The notes under the pieces were generated by a model that was not told the origin of the DNA, did no database searches, and saw nothing but the letters and a program-made list of their open reading frames with translations. Shown here piece after piece: positions 27,263-37,504 of a stretch of DNA of 50,706 bases. A program made the translations under genes and the position numbers. Positions within the stretch are counted from its first letter, which is position 1; each line of letters begins with the position of its first letter. The stretch is from Methanosarcinales archaeon (GTDB lineage Bacteria > Chloroflexota > Anaerolineae > Anaerolineales > E44-bin32). The stretch covers positions 1 to 50,706 of the forward strand of contig JAIWHF010000001.1 in NCBI GenBank assembly GCA_048629905.1, in the 5' to 3' direction.

Positions 27263-28249
27263 TTAGGGGTGAACATTAACCAGCGTCCCGATTGAAGCGA
27301 AGTTGAAAAGCCATTCCGCATCAGGGGTCCACAAGTTTATGCAGCCATGGCTCATCGGGACACCGAAGTTGCTATGCCAATAGGTCCCATGAAGCGCATA
27401 ACCTTTGTAGTAATACATCGTGTACGGGACGCCGGGCAGGTAATACCCGGGGCCCGCCATGGCGGTGGAGTAGAGCTTGGTGTACACGCGGAACTGTCCG
27501 GTTACTGTCGGATGAGCTGAAGTCCCGGTTGAAACGATGAAGCTCCTCACAAGATTATTTCCGTCGAAGGCGGTCACCCGCTGTTCGCTTAGATCCACGT
27601 CGATCCACCGGCCTTCATCCGCCAATTGATCGTGAGAGACATTGAAGGTTGAGAGGTACGAAAGGACGTGAGTGGGTGTGGCCGTTGGCGTAGGCGTTGC
27701 TGTCGGTGTCGCCGTTGCCGTCGGTGTTGCCGTGGGGGTATTCGTGGGTGTTGGCGTCATCGTCGCTTTCGCCAATGGCTGTTGGTAGGTTTGCGGCTGC
27801 AGAGCGGAGGCGGGTGCGCCTCCCAACCAGATCCCTACTCCCGCGGCTAAAACCACCGATGAGATGAAGACTCGCCGGGGTAAGATGCGCCGTTGCGCTA
27901 GAACATCAAGAGGAGTAATTTTCGGAAGGAGATCCTCGGGGATCCGCGCTTCCCGCAGTGCTGCTTTTCGTTCTCCTGAAGGCAGACGCCGAACCAGCCA
28001 GCGAATCGCTTTTTTCGCTGGTTTACTCTTCGGGTTGATTTCCAATGCGCGCGCCGCGTAGGCCAGCCCTGCGCGCGGCTCCGAAACGGCAGCTAAAGTC
28101 AACCATCCTTTTTCAGAGAGCGGATCGAGCTTGACCGCCAGGCGCGCAAATCTCCTCGCCTCGGAGATGTCACCCCGGCGGAGCGCTGCATGCGCTCGGT
28201 CGGATGGATCCAGCGATGGATCCTGTTGGTGTAAATCTGCCGGACTCAT
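27263..28249 (-). CDS. L,D-transpeptidase (YkuD domain) with N-terminal TPR-like region and PT linker
   Basis: C-terminal ...YALHGTYWHSNFGVPMSHGCINLW contains the catalytic His and SHGC motifs. The linker is TPTPTNTPTATPTATATPTATPTPTATPT. Confidence 0.85.
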   Translation of the reverse strand: MSPADLHQQDPSLDPSDRAHAALRRGDISEARRFARLAVKLDPLSEKGWLTLAAVSEPRAGLAYAARALEINPKSKPAKKAIRWLVRRLPSGERKAALREARIPEDLLPKITPLDVLAQRRILPRRVFISSVVLAAGVGIWLGGAPASALQPQTYQQPLAKATMTPTPTNTPTATPTATATPTATPTPTATPTHVLSYLSTFNVSHDQLADEGRWIDVDLSEQRVTAFDGNNLVRSFIVSTGTSAHPTVTGQFRVYTKLYSTAMAGPGYYLPGVPYTMYYYKGYALHGTYWHSNFGVPMSHGCINLWTPDAEWLFNFASIGTLVNVHP

Positions 28250-29070
28250 GGCGTAGTCTCCCCCGGGAGGCTGGCGGGCTCATTATTCACATAGCAAAGT
28301 ATGCCGTCCGCGATCCCGCGGGCCACTTTCTCTGGCTGAGAAGTGAGGAAATCCCGATCAAGATAGAGAAATCCAGTCTCGATGATCGCTGCTGGTGTCT
28401 GGCTGTGGATCTCGCGGAAGGTGTGATATTCCGTCATATCGCGTGTGATGCTGCCTGCATGGAAAGCTAAATCGGTCGCCCGGTGATAACGGTCAATGAT
28501 GCAATCGACCAACCGTTGTGATTTATCTGGAACAACTGTGTCCAGCGCACTGACAACTTTATATCCGGTCGCATAGTCGTTAATTGGGATGCAGGAATCG
28601 GCATGGATGGAAACTAACGCCACAGCCCGATATTCAAAGAGTCGCGAGTCGAACTCCTCCAGGATATCCACTTGCAGCCCCGCTGCCTCGAGTGCTCGTG
28701 CGGTAAGATATCCCACGTTGGTGTTAACTTCCAATTCCGTCAAGCCATCCTCGCAAATAGACCCGGGATCACTACCGCCGGTATTCGGGTTAATCCCTGA
28801 ATGCCCTATGACCAATCCAATTCGTAGTTCGGTCTCCTCCGGGGCAGATGGCACAATAGCTGAAGGGCCATTCTCCTGTGCCCCACCTTCCAGGGCAGCC
28901 GCGAATTGATTCGCCAGCTCCCCGGGGTTCAAGCTAGCGGGTGTCCATGCCGTAAAAAGTGTCGCCAAGATTCCGGCGACGATAAACGTCACCGAAAGAT
29001 GGCGTAGAATTTGGCGTGTTATCGGCTGCTCGTTGGCATCCGTACTGCGGAAGCTGATAGGGCTGCGCAT
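28246..29070 (-). CDS. N-acetylmuramoyl-L-alanine amidase (Amidase_3)
   Basis: IGLVIGHSG..., ALVSIHADS and ...AAIIETGFL are typical of the family. An N-terminal TM anchor is present. The stop overlaps the downstream start by 4 nt. Confidence 0.8.
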   Translation of the reverse strand: MRSPISFRSTDANEQPITRQILRHLSVTFIVAGILATLFTAWTPASLNPGELANQFAAALEGGAQENGPSAIVPSAPEETELRIGLVIGHSGINPNTGGSDPGSICEDGLTELEVNTNVGYLTARALEAAGLQVDILEEFDSRLFEYRAVALVSIHADSCIPINDYATGYKVVSALDTVVPDKSQRLVDCIIDRYHRATDLAFHAGSITRDMTEYHTFREIHSQTPAAIIETGFLYLDRDFLTSQPEKVARGIADGILCYVNNEPASLPGETTP

Positions 29071-29377
29071 GCCTCTGTTCTCTCAAATAGGTGGCTTGTC
29101 ATTATATCAGCGGAAGTCACATCAAACTACGTGACTCAAGTACCCAGGCGTATGGTTGATGGTTTGGATCAGAAATCGGCCACAAATTACTTTACATAAT
29201 ACAACAATGAAACCGCTCTTTGCTGCCATTATCACACACCTTCTCTCTTCAACATGAGTGGCGCACGAACTGGCCGCAAAATCACGTATTCTCCAATCCA
29301 CAGACTGAATAGCGCGTTCAAGGGTAGAATGGCAGAAGCTATCGAACCGAAATCGGGATCATGCATAAGGAAATTGG

Positions 29378-30550
29378 ATGAAGGACACCTTCAGCGAACG
29401 AAGCGAACTTACACGTTCAGAGTTTCAGCGTTACTCACGCCAGCTTCTACTGCCCGAGATTGGCTTGCAGGGCCAGGAGAGACTTAAGGCATCATCGATC
29501 CTCATCGTAGGTGCAGGCGGTTTGGGTTCGCCCGTCTCCATGTATCTCGCTGCAGCGGGTGTTGGACGAATCGGACTCGTCGATCACGACGTTGTCGAAT
29601 TAACGAACCTTCAACGCCAGATAATCCACGGCACTTCTCGGATTGGTGAGCGGAAGGTTCTCTCTGCCCGGGACCGCTTGGCCGACATCAACCCGGAAGT
29701 CGAAGTCGTTTTGTTTGACGAACCATTCACTTCAGAGAACGCTGAGCAGATATCCAAACCCTTTGATTTGCTCATCGACGCATCAGATAATTTCCCCACT
29801 CGATATCTGATTAACGATCTTTGCGTCCTGACGGGGAAAGCGAATGTTTCCGGCTCGGTCTCGCGTTTTGACGGGCAAGTCAGCGTATTCTGGGCGGAGA
29901 AAGGCCCTTGCTACCGCTGTCTTTTCCCCGATCCCCCACCTGTGGGTTTAATCCCCTCTTGCGCCGAGGGTGGTGTACTCGGCCTGCTTCCGGGAACAAT
30001 CGGGACTCTCCAAGCAACAGAGGCCATCAAACTGCTGCTCGGAATTGGAACGCATCTCATCGGAACGCTGCTTATCTATGACGCCCTGGATATGCGCTTT
30101 GAGATGGTCAAATTGAAGAAGAACCCTGAATGCAAGGTCTGCTCGCAAAATCCCTCGATTACACAACTGATTGACTATGAGGCTTTCTGCGGTGTTCCCG
30201 GGCACGACACTGACGAGAGCAGCCATCCACCCGATTGGGAAATCGAGCCTTCCAAGCTTGCCAAGAGGCTGGCAACCGGCGAACCCGTCCATTTAATCGA
30301 CGTGCGTGAGCCACACGAGCTGGAGATCTCCGCCCTCCCCAACGCCGACTCCATTCCCCTTGGCTCAATGGCGACCCGTATGGCCGAGTTGGAGGATACT
30401 GAGGAGATCGTTCTATTCTGTAGAACAGGCATACGCTCTACACGAGCGCTGCACCTCCTGGCCGGCGCAGGTTTCCAGAAAACTTTGAGCTTACAGGGTG
30501 GCATCAACGCGTGGGCACAGCAGGTGGATCCGACTCTACCCGTTTATTGA
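29378..30550 (+). CDS. moeB: MoeB/ThiF-family adenylyltransferase fused to a C-terminal rhodanese domain (MoeZ-like)
   Basis: YSRQLLLPEIGLQGQERL, Rossmann GAGGLGSP, CxxC pairs (CYRC and CKVC), and a rhodanese active-site loop FCRTGIRS. Confidence 0.9.
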   Translation: MKDTFSERSELTRSEFQRYSRQLLLPEIGLQGQERLKASSILIVGAGGLGSPVSMYLAAAGVGRIGLVDHDVVELTNLQRQIIHGTSRIGERKVLSARDRLADINPEVEVVLFDEPFTSENAEQISKPFDLLIDASDNFPTRYLINDLCVLTGKANVSGSVSRFDGQVSVFWAEKGPCYRCLFPDPPPVGLIPSCAEGGVLGLLPGTIGTLQATEAIKLLLGIGTHLIGTLLIYDALDMRFEMVKLKKNPECKVCSQNPSITQLIDYEAFCGVPGHDTDESSHPPDWEIEPSKLAKRLATGEPVHLIDVREPHELEISALPNADSIPLGSMATRMAELEDTEEIVLFCRTGIRSTRALHLLAGAGFQKTLSLQGGINAWAQQVDPTLPVY

Positions 30551-30667
30551 CCAAAACTTCCTAAGTTTTATTAGCCGCGTTCTCCTGCGAACACATGGAG
30601 CAAGGTGACACACTCGCATTCACGTCGTAATGCATAATGATCCAACTCATGGTTTAATTCCCTCATC

Positions 30668-32077
30668 ATGACTGGGAAAAATTGGATGGTAATTAAAAGG
30701 TGGGTACTACCATTCCACCCCCACACTGCAAAAAAGGATAAGCCAGGTCCTTGGTTCCTCGTTTCCATGTTTTTCGCTGCACTCACCATCGGGGCCTGCT
30801 CCACTTTTCCAGGAATGATTCAGAATCCCGATCCACAACAAACCCAAATCCCAACAACCCCAACCGCTATCCCTTCCAGCCCCACGCCCGCTCCTGAAAT
30901 CGAAATCATTACTCTTGATCTAATCCCGGGTCAGGCTCCGGATTCGTGGCAGGTGATTGGAAGGCTGATCAACAAAGCCGAGTTCCCACTTGGCGGAATT
31001 TCGGTCACAGTTACTCTGCTCGGGGCAGAAGGGGTTGAATTGGATAAAGCGACAGCGCCGGCGATCCCCGCCAGTCTTTTGCCAGGTGAGGAGGCGTTAT
31101 TCGTATTAGATTTTGAGGGGACCTTTGCCGTGGTTGACACGACCGCCGAGATCTTTGCTGAGCGCATCCCGCGCATTCGACGAACTCAGAGAGAAATCCA
31201 GAACGCAACCTGGCAAATAAACTCTGAGGGTGATACGGTGATCCTCGGGCAGATCACAAACCCTGGCATCTCTCAAGCAAAATTGCTTGATCTCGCCGTT
31301 CTCATGCTTGATGAAAACCAGGAACCTATTGGTTATGCTAATCTTGTGGCTTCTACCACACACATACCCCCACGCGAATCGGCTCCTTTTATCGCTTTAG
31401 CCGATGGGGAATTTGAGCCTGATGACCTGGTCTTCTTCCTGGATATGGTTGTTGATACATCTCCTCCAGAACCGGATCTTCAATTTCTAGAGCCGCCAGC
31501 GCTCCAATTCACAGACCAAGGTGTGCCCTTCTTTTTAGGTTCCATCCACAACCCCTCCTCCGATTGGGTATGGGCTTCTGGCCTGCTCATTTTAGAGGAT
31601 GAGGATGAACTCGTTGGGATAGCACCAATCAACCCCCCACTCCCCATTCAACCCGGTGGGATTTACTCCTTCACCATCCAACAATTTTGGGGGATCTCTC
31701 CTGAAATCCTCGCCTCCGAGGAGGCGATGCACACGCTGGATGCCCACGCTTCGGTGGAAGGGGTTGCCACCTTAGCTGCGGACGAAACGGTTTCGCTGCT
31801 GGAGTTAAGTATTTCGCAATATGAGGCCCTCGGCTCAATCGTGTTCTTGCGCGGGGTGATAACCAACCCTGGCGATACGCTCATCAGAGAACCTTCCATC
31901 TATGCGACAGCGCGAAATGAAGAGGGGCTTATACTTTCGGCTGGATGGGTTTCCCCCGCCGAACTTCTTGAAGCCGGAGAGGCGAGCGATTTCGAACTGT
32001 CACTTTTGCTGCCGCGAGAGGCCGATCCAGCAATGCTCGAGTATGATGTGATCGCTTTCGGGTTGGATGCGAATTAG
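30668..32077 (+). CDS. Secreted or lipoprotein of unknown function
   Basis: 469 aa. Hydrophobic leader with LTIGAC, a PT-rich linker, then repeated beta-rich modules. Start codon uncertain. Confidence 0.6.
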   Translation: MTGKNWMVIKRWVLPFHPHTAKKDKPGPWFLVSMFFAALTIGACSTFPGMIQNPDPQQTQIPTTPTAIPSSPTPAPEIEIITLDLIPGQAPDSWQVIGRLINKAEFPLGGISVTVTLLGAEGVELDKATAPAIPASLLPGEEALFVLDFEGTFAVVDTTAEIFAERIPRIRRTQREIQNATWQINSEGDTVILGQITNPGISQAKLLDLAVLMLDENQEPIGYANLVASTTHIPPRESAPFIALADGEFEPDDLVFFLDMVVDTSPPEPDLQFLEPPALQFTDQGVPFFLGSIHNPSSDWVWASGLLILEDEDELVGIAPINPPLPIQPGGIYSFTIQQFWGISPEILASEEAMHTLDAHASVEGVATLAADETVSLLELSISQYEALGSIVFLRGVITNPGDTLIREPSIYATARNEEGLILSAGWVSPAELLEAGEASDFELSLLLPREADPAMLEYDVIAFGLDAN

Positions 32078-32300
32078 ATCAACAATCATCATGATCCATA
32101 ATAGTTTCCCCCTGGGCGGTCCGAGCTTGAACCCGGACGTCACCGAAGATGCTAGCATACAGCCACTCTTCTGAGACTTAATGAAACAACGGATTGTCCT
32201 TTCCCTTTAGGACAGTTTCTTAATCACCGCGCGGATTTGGCGGGTTCCCTTTCGCAGGTTACAATTGGGGTGAACCTTACACAGGAATTGAGCGTAGAAC

Positions 32301-32684
32301 GTGACCGAAAACCAGGCAAGAATACTCATTGTGGATGATGAACCCGATACTGTCGGGCTTATCGAATTAACACTTCTTCCTGCAGGGTATGAGCTCTCAC
32401 TCGCTTACAGCGGCGAAGAGGCACTCAACAAGCTTCGCGATGAGACGTTTGATCTTCTTCTCCTCGATGTAATGATGCCCGAGATCACGGGTTTCGACGT
32501 TATCCGTTTACTCTCGGAAGAGAACAAAGCCATTCCCCCGATCATATTTCTATCGGCCAAAGGTCAGCAAAAAGACATCGACGAGGGAAACGCGCTCGGC
32601 GCCGCAGGATATCTTGTCAAACCTGCCACCCGCGGCCAACTCCTCGACGCGATCGGCGCCGCCCTATACGAAGCAAAAAGATAA
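32301..32684 (+). CDS. Single-domain response regulator
   Basis: ILIVDDEPD, DLLLLDVMMPEITG, LSAKG and GYLVKP. Uses a GTG start. Confidence 0.85.
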   Translation: MTENQARILIVDDEPDTVGLIELTLLPAGYELSLAYSGEEALNKLRDETFDLLLLDVMMPEITGFDVIRLLSEENKAIPPIIFLSAKGQQKDIDEGNALGAAGYLVKPATRGQLLDAIGAALYEAKR

Positions 32685-32685
32685 A

Positions 32686-33273
32686 ATGGAATCCGTTGAT
32701 TACAATCTCGATCTCTTCGAAGCGATGCTGGATGAGATCGAAGATTTTCTCCTCTCAGCGGATATCTTCTGGCCCCTGGCCAAACGCTCCAAACCCGAAT
32801 CGCCCCCCTACCCCCGCCTCAGCACAGGGGCGTTATTAATGACTCAGGACGAATCCCTGGCACAAGAAGCTGAGATGAACACCGACCAGAAAGCACGGCA
32901 TGCTAAACTGCAGAGCCAATGGAAAATGATTCTCAATAAGTGGCGCAGTGCGCTCGGGCGCAAATCAGAACGAGAAATGGGGATGCGCTTGAATCTGTGG
33001 CGAGCATATCTCTCCGACTTGGAAGAAGGAAAAGCTTCACATTTTGATTACGATCGAGAGACACGAAACCGAGTCCAGTTTACACGTCTTCGAACGCTCG
33101 CTGCGGGCAGCAGCAAGACTCTCAAGATGGAGAAAACGATTCGCTCCCTGGATGCTCGGTTGCTCAACCTGACCGTCGCCAGCGATTTCATCTGGGACGA
33201 TCGCTTGCGGGAGACCTACCCGGAAGGAGATTTCGGTTTTCTCTACCGCCAACCACGAGAGAACGGAAAATAA
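32686..33273 (+). CDS. Hypothetical protein
   Basis: ATG at 32686 lies 2 nt after the regulator's stop. The longer ORF from 32614 would overlap the regulator. No motif recognised. Confidence 0.5.
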   Translation: MESVDYNLDLFEAMLDEIEDFLLSADIFWPLAKRSKPESPPYPRLSTGALLMTQDESLAQEAEMNTDQKARHAKLQSQWKMILNKWRSALGRKSEREMGMRLNLWRAYLSDLEEGKASHFDYDRETRNRVQFTRLRTLAAGSSKTLKMEKTIRSLDARLLNLTVASDFIWDDRLRETYPEGDFGFLYRQPRENGK

Positions 33274-33295
33274 ATGCGCTATGGTATTAACCTCA

Positions 33296-33325
33296 CAGGC
33301 GCCGGATTTGCTGGCGCCTGTTTTC
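33296..33325 (+). terminator. Rho-independent terminator between convergent genes
   Basis: CAGGCGCC-GGATTTGCT-GGCGCCTG followed by TTTT. Confidence 0.75.
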
Positions 33326-33382
33326 ATTATGGAAATGATTAGTTGGCTGCGATCGTAATGCGCAGACCTCACACAGGAGTCA

Positions 33383-34909
33383 TTACTTCGCGAACTCGAC
33401 TGCGCGTGTCTCGCGGATGACCGTGACTTTTATCTGCCCTGGGTACTGCATCCCCTCTTCGATCTTCTTGGCGACGGTACGCGCTAGGCGCGTCGACTCA
33501 AGATCGTCGATATCTTCGGGGCGGACAATCACACGGATCTCTCGCCCTGCTTGAAGCGCATAACTCTGTGAAACGCCGTCGAATGAATTTGCGATCTCTT
33601 CCAACGACTTGATACGCTTTACATACTGCTCAAGGCTCTCACGCCTGGCTCCTGGGCGAGCGCCGCTGATCGCATCCGCCGCCTCGACAATCACCGCCTC
33701 TACAGATTCTTGATCAATATCACGGTGGTGGGCCTCGATAGCATTAACTACGATTGGATTGACACCATAGCGGCGGCAGAAATCCGCTCCTATTGACGCG
33801 TGAGTCCCCTCCACTTCGTGGTCCATCGCTTTACCGATGTCGTGAAGCAGCCCTCCAGCCTTGGCTATTTCTACATCTGCGCCCAACTCCGCGGCGATCA
33901 CTGCCGCGAGTTGTGATGACTCTATCGCGTGAGCGAGTTGGTTCTGGCCATACGATGTGCGAAACTTCAAGCGGCCAAGCTTCTTAATAATCTCCGGATG
34001 AAGTCCGGGAACACCCGCTTCGAAAGATGCGCTTTCGCCCTCCTCCACGATGAGCCGATCAACTTCCTTTCTTTGTTCGCTTACAATCTTTTCAATCTGG
34101 GCAGGGTGGATGCGCCCATCCAATACAAGCGCTTGCATGGAGCGCCGGGCGACCTCCCGTCGGACAGAGTCAAAACACGAGATTGTTACCGCCTCAGGCG
34201 TATCATCGACAACCACATCCACTCCGGCAGTTTGTTCGAACGCTCGGATATTCCGTCCATTCCGGCCGATGATGCGGCCTTTCATATCGTCCGAAGGTAA
34301 AGAGACCGCAGATACTGTAATTTCGGAAACGTGGTCCGAAGCCACCCTCTGTATTGCATCGGCGATCAAATGACGGGCACGTTTATCCCCCTCCGCCTGC
34401 GCCTCTTCTTCGATCTGTCGAATAATCCTGACCATATCTGCCCGGGATTCCCGCTCTACTTCTTGAAGCAGCTGGTTTTTAGCTTCTTCTCGGGTCATGC
34501 TGGATACACGTTCGAGTTCAACGAGAATTTCAGCAAGGCGCTCGTCCAGCTCATTCGAACGGCGGTCTACAGCGCTCTGACGTTTGTTTAACGTCTGTTC
34601 GCGCTTCTCCAACTGATCGAGGCGGCGATCATTTTCCGCTCTTCGCTGCTGAAGACGCTCATCTTCCTTCGAGAGCTCTGACCTCTTGCGGCTAATCTCT
34701 CCTTCGGCCTCATCGCGTATACGCAGCGCCTGATCGCGCGCCTTCAACTCAATTTCCTTCGTCTGTGCTTGGGCTTCGTCAATCATTCGCTCGGCTTCTA
34801 CCATGCGGCCGCGCACAGCACGTTCAATCTGCAATTGACGCAGTAAGTAACCAATGACCGCGCCTGCAACCAGCGATATTGCGATACCGATTATCAGTGG
34901 ACCATTCAC
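33383..34909 (-). CDS. rny: Ribonuclease Y
   Basis: N-terminal TM helix, a long coiled coil, KH domain ([15 protein letters not shown]) and HD domain (LLHDIGKA...HH). The GTG start overlaps the recX stop in a GTGA arrangement. Confidence 0.95.
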   Translation of the reverse strand: MNGPLIIGIAISLVAGAVIGYLLRQLQIERAVRGRMVEAERMIDEAQAQTKEIELKARDQALRIRDEAEGEISRKRSELSKEDERLQQRRAENDRRLDQLEKREQTLNKRQSAVDRRSNELDERLAEILVELERVSSMTREEAKNQLLQEVERESRADMVRIIRQIEEEAQAEGDKRARHLIADAIQRVASDHVSEITVSAVSLPSDDMKGRIIGRNGRNIRAFEQTAGVDVVVDDTPEAVTISCFDSVRREVARRSMQALVLDGRIHPAQIEKIVSEQRKEVDRLIVEEGESASFEAGVPGLHPEIIKKLGRLKFRTSYGQNQLAHAIESSQLAAVIAAELGADVEIAKAGGLLHDIGKAMDHEVEGTHASIGADFCRRYGVNPIVVNAIEAHHRDIDQESVEAVIVEAADAISGARPGARRESLEQYVKRIKSLEEIANSFDGVSQSYALQAGREIRVIVRPEDIDDLESTRLARTVAKKIEEGMQYPGQIKVTVIRETRAVEFAK

Positions 34910-35556
34910 TTTTCTACCTCACTTTTCTCATCAGAACCGCTTCCTTCATCCATCAAAATCGATAATGTGGAGGATATGAGTTCAAAGGAAAAGCCGCGAC
35001 GGGCGAGGAACTGTCTCAGCCGACGATTGGAAGCTTCTTCTGTAAGATCACCGTAACGTTTACATGTTTTCCTGGCTACGGTGAGAGCTGCCTCAGCCTC
35101 GTCGAACCCTTCAAGGGCAGTTTCTATCGCCTCTTTTGACACTCCCTTACCGCGTAGTTCGCTCCTCAGCATCAGCCCGCTTCTTGGGCGAAATATTTGC
35201 CGGTTCTCAACCCAAACTCGAGCGAACTCAACATCATCGACAAGGGATGCTTCTCGCAGCCTCTTTAGAACCCGGTCCTGCACATCGATCTCGATCCGGT
35301 TCCGAGAGAGCTTGTTAGCGATTTCCTTCTCGGAATGAGGGCGCCTTGACAGATAGCGCAACGCGCGTTCATAAGCGCGCTGTTCCTCATCCTCGTCTTT
35401 CAACCGCTCAATATCTGCTTCAGATAATTCCTGTCCGACCTTTAAACCGGTCGCTATAATCCCCTGAACTCCAAATTTATATTGGTCATCAATAAATACG
35501 TTTACTCTATTTTTCTTTCTCCGCTGCAATTTCAAGGCGGTAATCACTCCCGCCAC
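34906..35556 (-). CDS. recX: Recombination regulator RecX
   Basis: The three-repeat helical pattern ([20 protein letters not shown]..., [11 protein letters not shown]..., [15 protein letters not shown]) and its position after recA support the call. GTG at 35556, 8 nt after GGGAGG, is preferred to the TTG at 35580. Confidence 0.8.
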   Translation of the reverse strand: MAGVITALKLQRRKKNRVNVFIDDQYKFGVQGIIATGLKVGQELSEADIERLKDEDEEQRAYERALRYLSRRPHSEKEIANKLSRNRIEIDVQDRVLKRLREASLVDDVEFARVWVENRQIFRPRSGLMLRSELRGKGVSKEAIETALEGFDEAEAALTVARKTCKRYGDLTEEASNRRLRQFLARRGFSFELISSTLSILMDEGSGSDEKSEVEK

Positions 35557-35868
35557 GTTATTCACCTCCCATGAACACAAAAACCGCGAACCTTATAGGC
35601 TGCGGCTCAATGCAATGCTCACGGGATTTTCCAATCCCCAAATGACGATCTGACTCCGAATCACTCCACGCATGCAGAGCGCATCATGGAGTGGGCAGGC
35701 TAGCTTTTACTACACCCTCTCAGAGGGCAAAACCCCACTTTTTTCACCTACCATCCTAACGTTGTTCTTCTCTATCGGTGCCAAATCTCATTTCAGAGAT
35801 CTTTCGCAATGCTTTGGCCGCGCTTTTCATAAATTGTATTACGCAGCACTATAATGATAACACGAGCG

Positions 35869-36894
35869 TCAATCGCTCGTCTCGCTTTCTCCTTCACTGC
35901 CGTCTTCTTCAAGATCGGCATCTTTCCTAATCCCCACTTCGATCTCGGAAGCCATATCCGGATTCTCACGCAGGAAGTTCTTCGCGTTCTCCCGTCCCTG
36001 GCCCAATCGCGTCTCTCCATACGAGTAGAACGAGCCGCGCTTCGTGATCAACTCCATCTTCACCCCTAGATCCAGGATATCTCCCACCTTGGCGATACCC
36101 TCATTGTACATAATATCAAACTCCGCCACCCTAAACGGCGCCGCCACCTTGTTCTTCACTACCCTCACCCTCACCCGGTTCCCCACCACTTCCTGCCCCA
36201 CCTTGATGCTCTCGATCCGCCTCATATCCAGCCTCACCGAGGCGTAGAACTTCAGCGCTCGTCCCCCCGTCGTCGTCTCCGGACTCCCAAACATCACCCC
36301 GATCTTCATCCTCAACTGGTTCGTGAAGATCACCGCCGTGTTCGTCTGCTTGATCGCCCCGCTCAACTTCCTCAGCGCCTGACTCATCAAGCGCGCCTGC
36401 ATCCCCATGGTCGCATCGCCCATGTCCCCCTCGATCTCCGACCGCGGCACCAACGCTGCCACGCTGTCCACCACCACCACAGCCACCGCCCCGCTCCTCA
36501 CCAGCGTCTCACCGATCTCCAGCGCCTGTTCGCCCGTGTCTGGCTGCGCTATATACAGCTCATCCACATCCACCCCGCAGCGCGCTGCATACGCCGGGTC
36601 GAGCGCATGCTCCATGTCGATGAAGGCGCATACCCCGCCCATCTTTTGCGCTTCGGCGACGATATGCTGCGCCAGCGTGGTCTTGCCTGAGGCTTCCGGG
36701 CCGTAGATTTCAGTCACCCGCCCGCGGGGGATGCCGCCCACGCCCAGCGCAAGGTCAAGCGACAGCGAGCCGGTCGGGATCGCTTCCACTTCCAGATGAT
36801 GCGCTTCCCCCAGCCGCATCACCGCACCGTCTCCGTAGCGCTTTTTGATCTCTGTTACTGCAGCTTCTAGCGCCTTATCACGCTCACCGGCCAT
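35869..36894 (-). CDS. recA: Recombinase RecA
   Basis: [11 protein letters not shown] Walker [10 protein letters not shown] and [11 protein letters not shown], with an acidic C-terminal tail. Confidence 0.97.
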   Translation of the reverse strand: MAGERDKALEAAVTEIKKRYGDGAVMRLGEAHHLEVEAIPTGSLSLDLALGVGGIPRGRVTEIYGPEASGKTTLAQHIVAEAQKMGGVCAFIDMEHALDPAYAARCGVDVDELYIAQPDTGEQALEIGETLVRSGAVAVVVVDSVAALVPRSEIEGDMGDATMGMQARLMSQALRKLSGAIKQTNTAVIFTNQLRMKIGVMFGSPETTTGGRALKFYASVRLDMRRIESIKVGQEVVGNRVRVRVVKNKVAAPFRVAEFDIMYNEGIAKVGDILDLGVKMELITKRGSFYSYGETRLGQGRENAKNFLRENPDMASEIEVGIRKDADLEEDGSEGESETSD

Positions 36895-37047
36895 GTTTTC
36901 TATTCCTGTAGTGTGTTGCTAGAGATGAATTTTTGGGAATTAACGAAGTCTACCCGAGATTAAGATGGCTCGCAAGCCAAGCCGCTCAAGAGAGCCTTAT
37001 CCTGGCCGATTCACCACACCTATTAGTGCTGAACCCTCCCCGCGCTT

Positions 37048-37180
37048 GTCATTGCGAGGAGCCCGTCAGGGCGACGCCTGTCGTGCAAAGTCCCCGACCG
37101 AAGGGAGTGGGGAGCGAAGTCGAAGGATCTCAATCTCCGCGCTAGAATGGAGGAGATTGCTTCGCTTCGCTCGCAATGAC
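37048..37180. repeat. Inverted pair of GTCATTGCGAG-type dispersed repeats
   Basis: GTCATTGCGAG at 37048-37058 and CTCGCAATGAC at 37170-37180. An inner inverted repeat, CAATCTCC/GGAGATTG, lies at about 37131-37159. The pair sits in the recA upstream region. Confidence 0.6.
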
Positions 37181-37242
37181 ATTAAGGGGTGAACTTAGCC
37201 GCACCCATAAATCGATGCTCGCCTCAGAATAACCCTGACGGA

Positions 37243-37277
37243 TTAAAATAAAAGCGGTGGAGGAGACCTCCACCGCT
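37243..37277 (-). terminator. Rho-independent terminator about 230 nt downstream of the aspS stop
   Basis: The minus strand reads AGCGGTGGAGG-TCT-CCTCCACCGCT followed by TTTATTTTAA. Confidence 0.75.
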
Positions 37278-37504
37278 TCTAATAATTACTGCCCCGCCAT
37301 GCCGTGTGCTGCTTGATTTTGAACCTGCTATTGCAGGCGGGATCCTACCAGTGACTTTCGCCTTGGCCGAAGCCTATCGCGTTGCCCACCGAATAACGAA
37401 CCCCATTTATCAAGTGTTGGCTCAAAACCTCTTGCTGCATCACGAACACAGCAGGGACTAATATGGGTATACCACGTTCAATTCTAGTTGGCAATATTTC
37501 ACCA

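Noticed and set aside
27668-27760. Periodic GGTGTNGCCGT-like repeats that resemble a short tandem array.
   Set aside because: This is the coding sequence for the (T/A)PT linker of the L,D-transpeptidase. Similar PT linkers occur at about 15530-15620 and 24540-24680. It is neither a CRISPR array nor satellite DNA.
29071-29377. Checked the 307-nt region upstream of moeB for a Moco riboswitch.
   Set aside because: The region is AT-rich with only one short hairpin, and I could not see the conserved GC-rich multi-stem Moco motif. A covariance-model scan would be needed to be certain.
36895-37504. Looked for a LexA/Cheo-type SOS box (CGAACnnnnGTTCG) upstream of recA.
   Set aside because: No such dyad is present. 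Only isolated GAAC half-sites occur.
37278-37504. Considered SRP (4.5S) RNA or 6S RNA for the aspS-distal untranslated region.
   Set aside because: There is no GGAA-tetraloop/AGCA symmetric-loop helix-8 signature. There is also no long end-to-end pairing with a central bubble.
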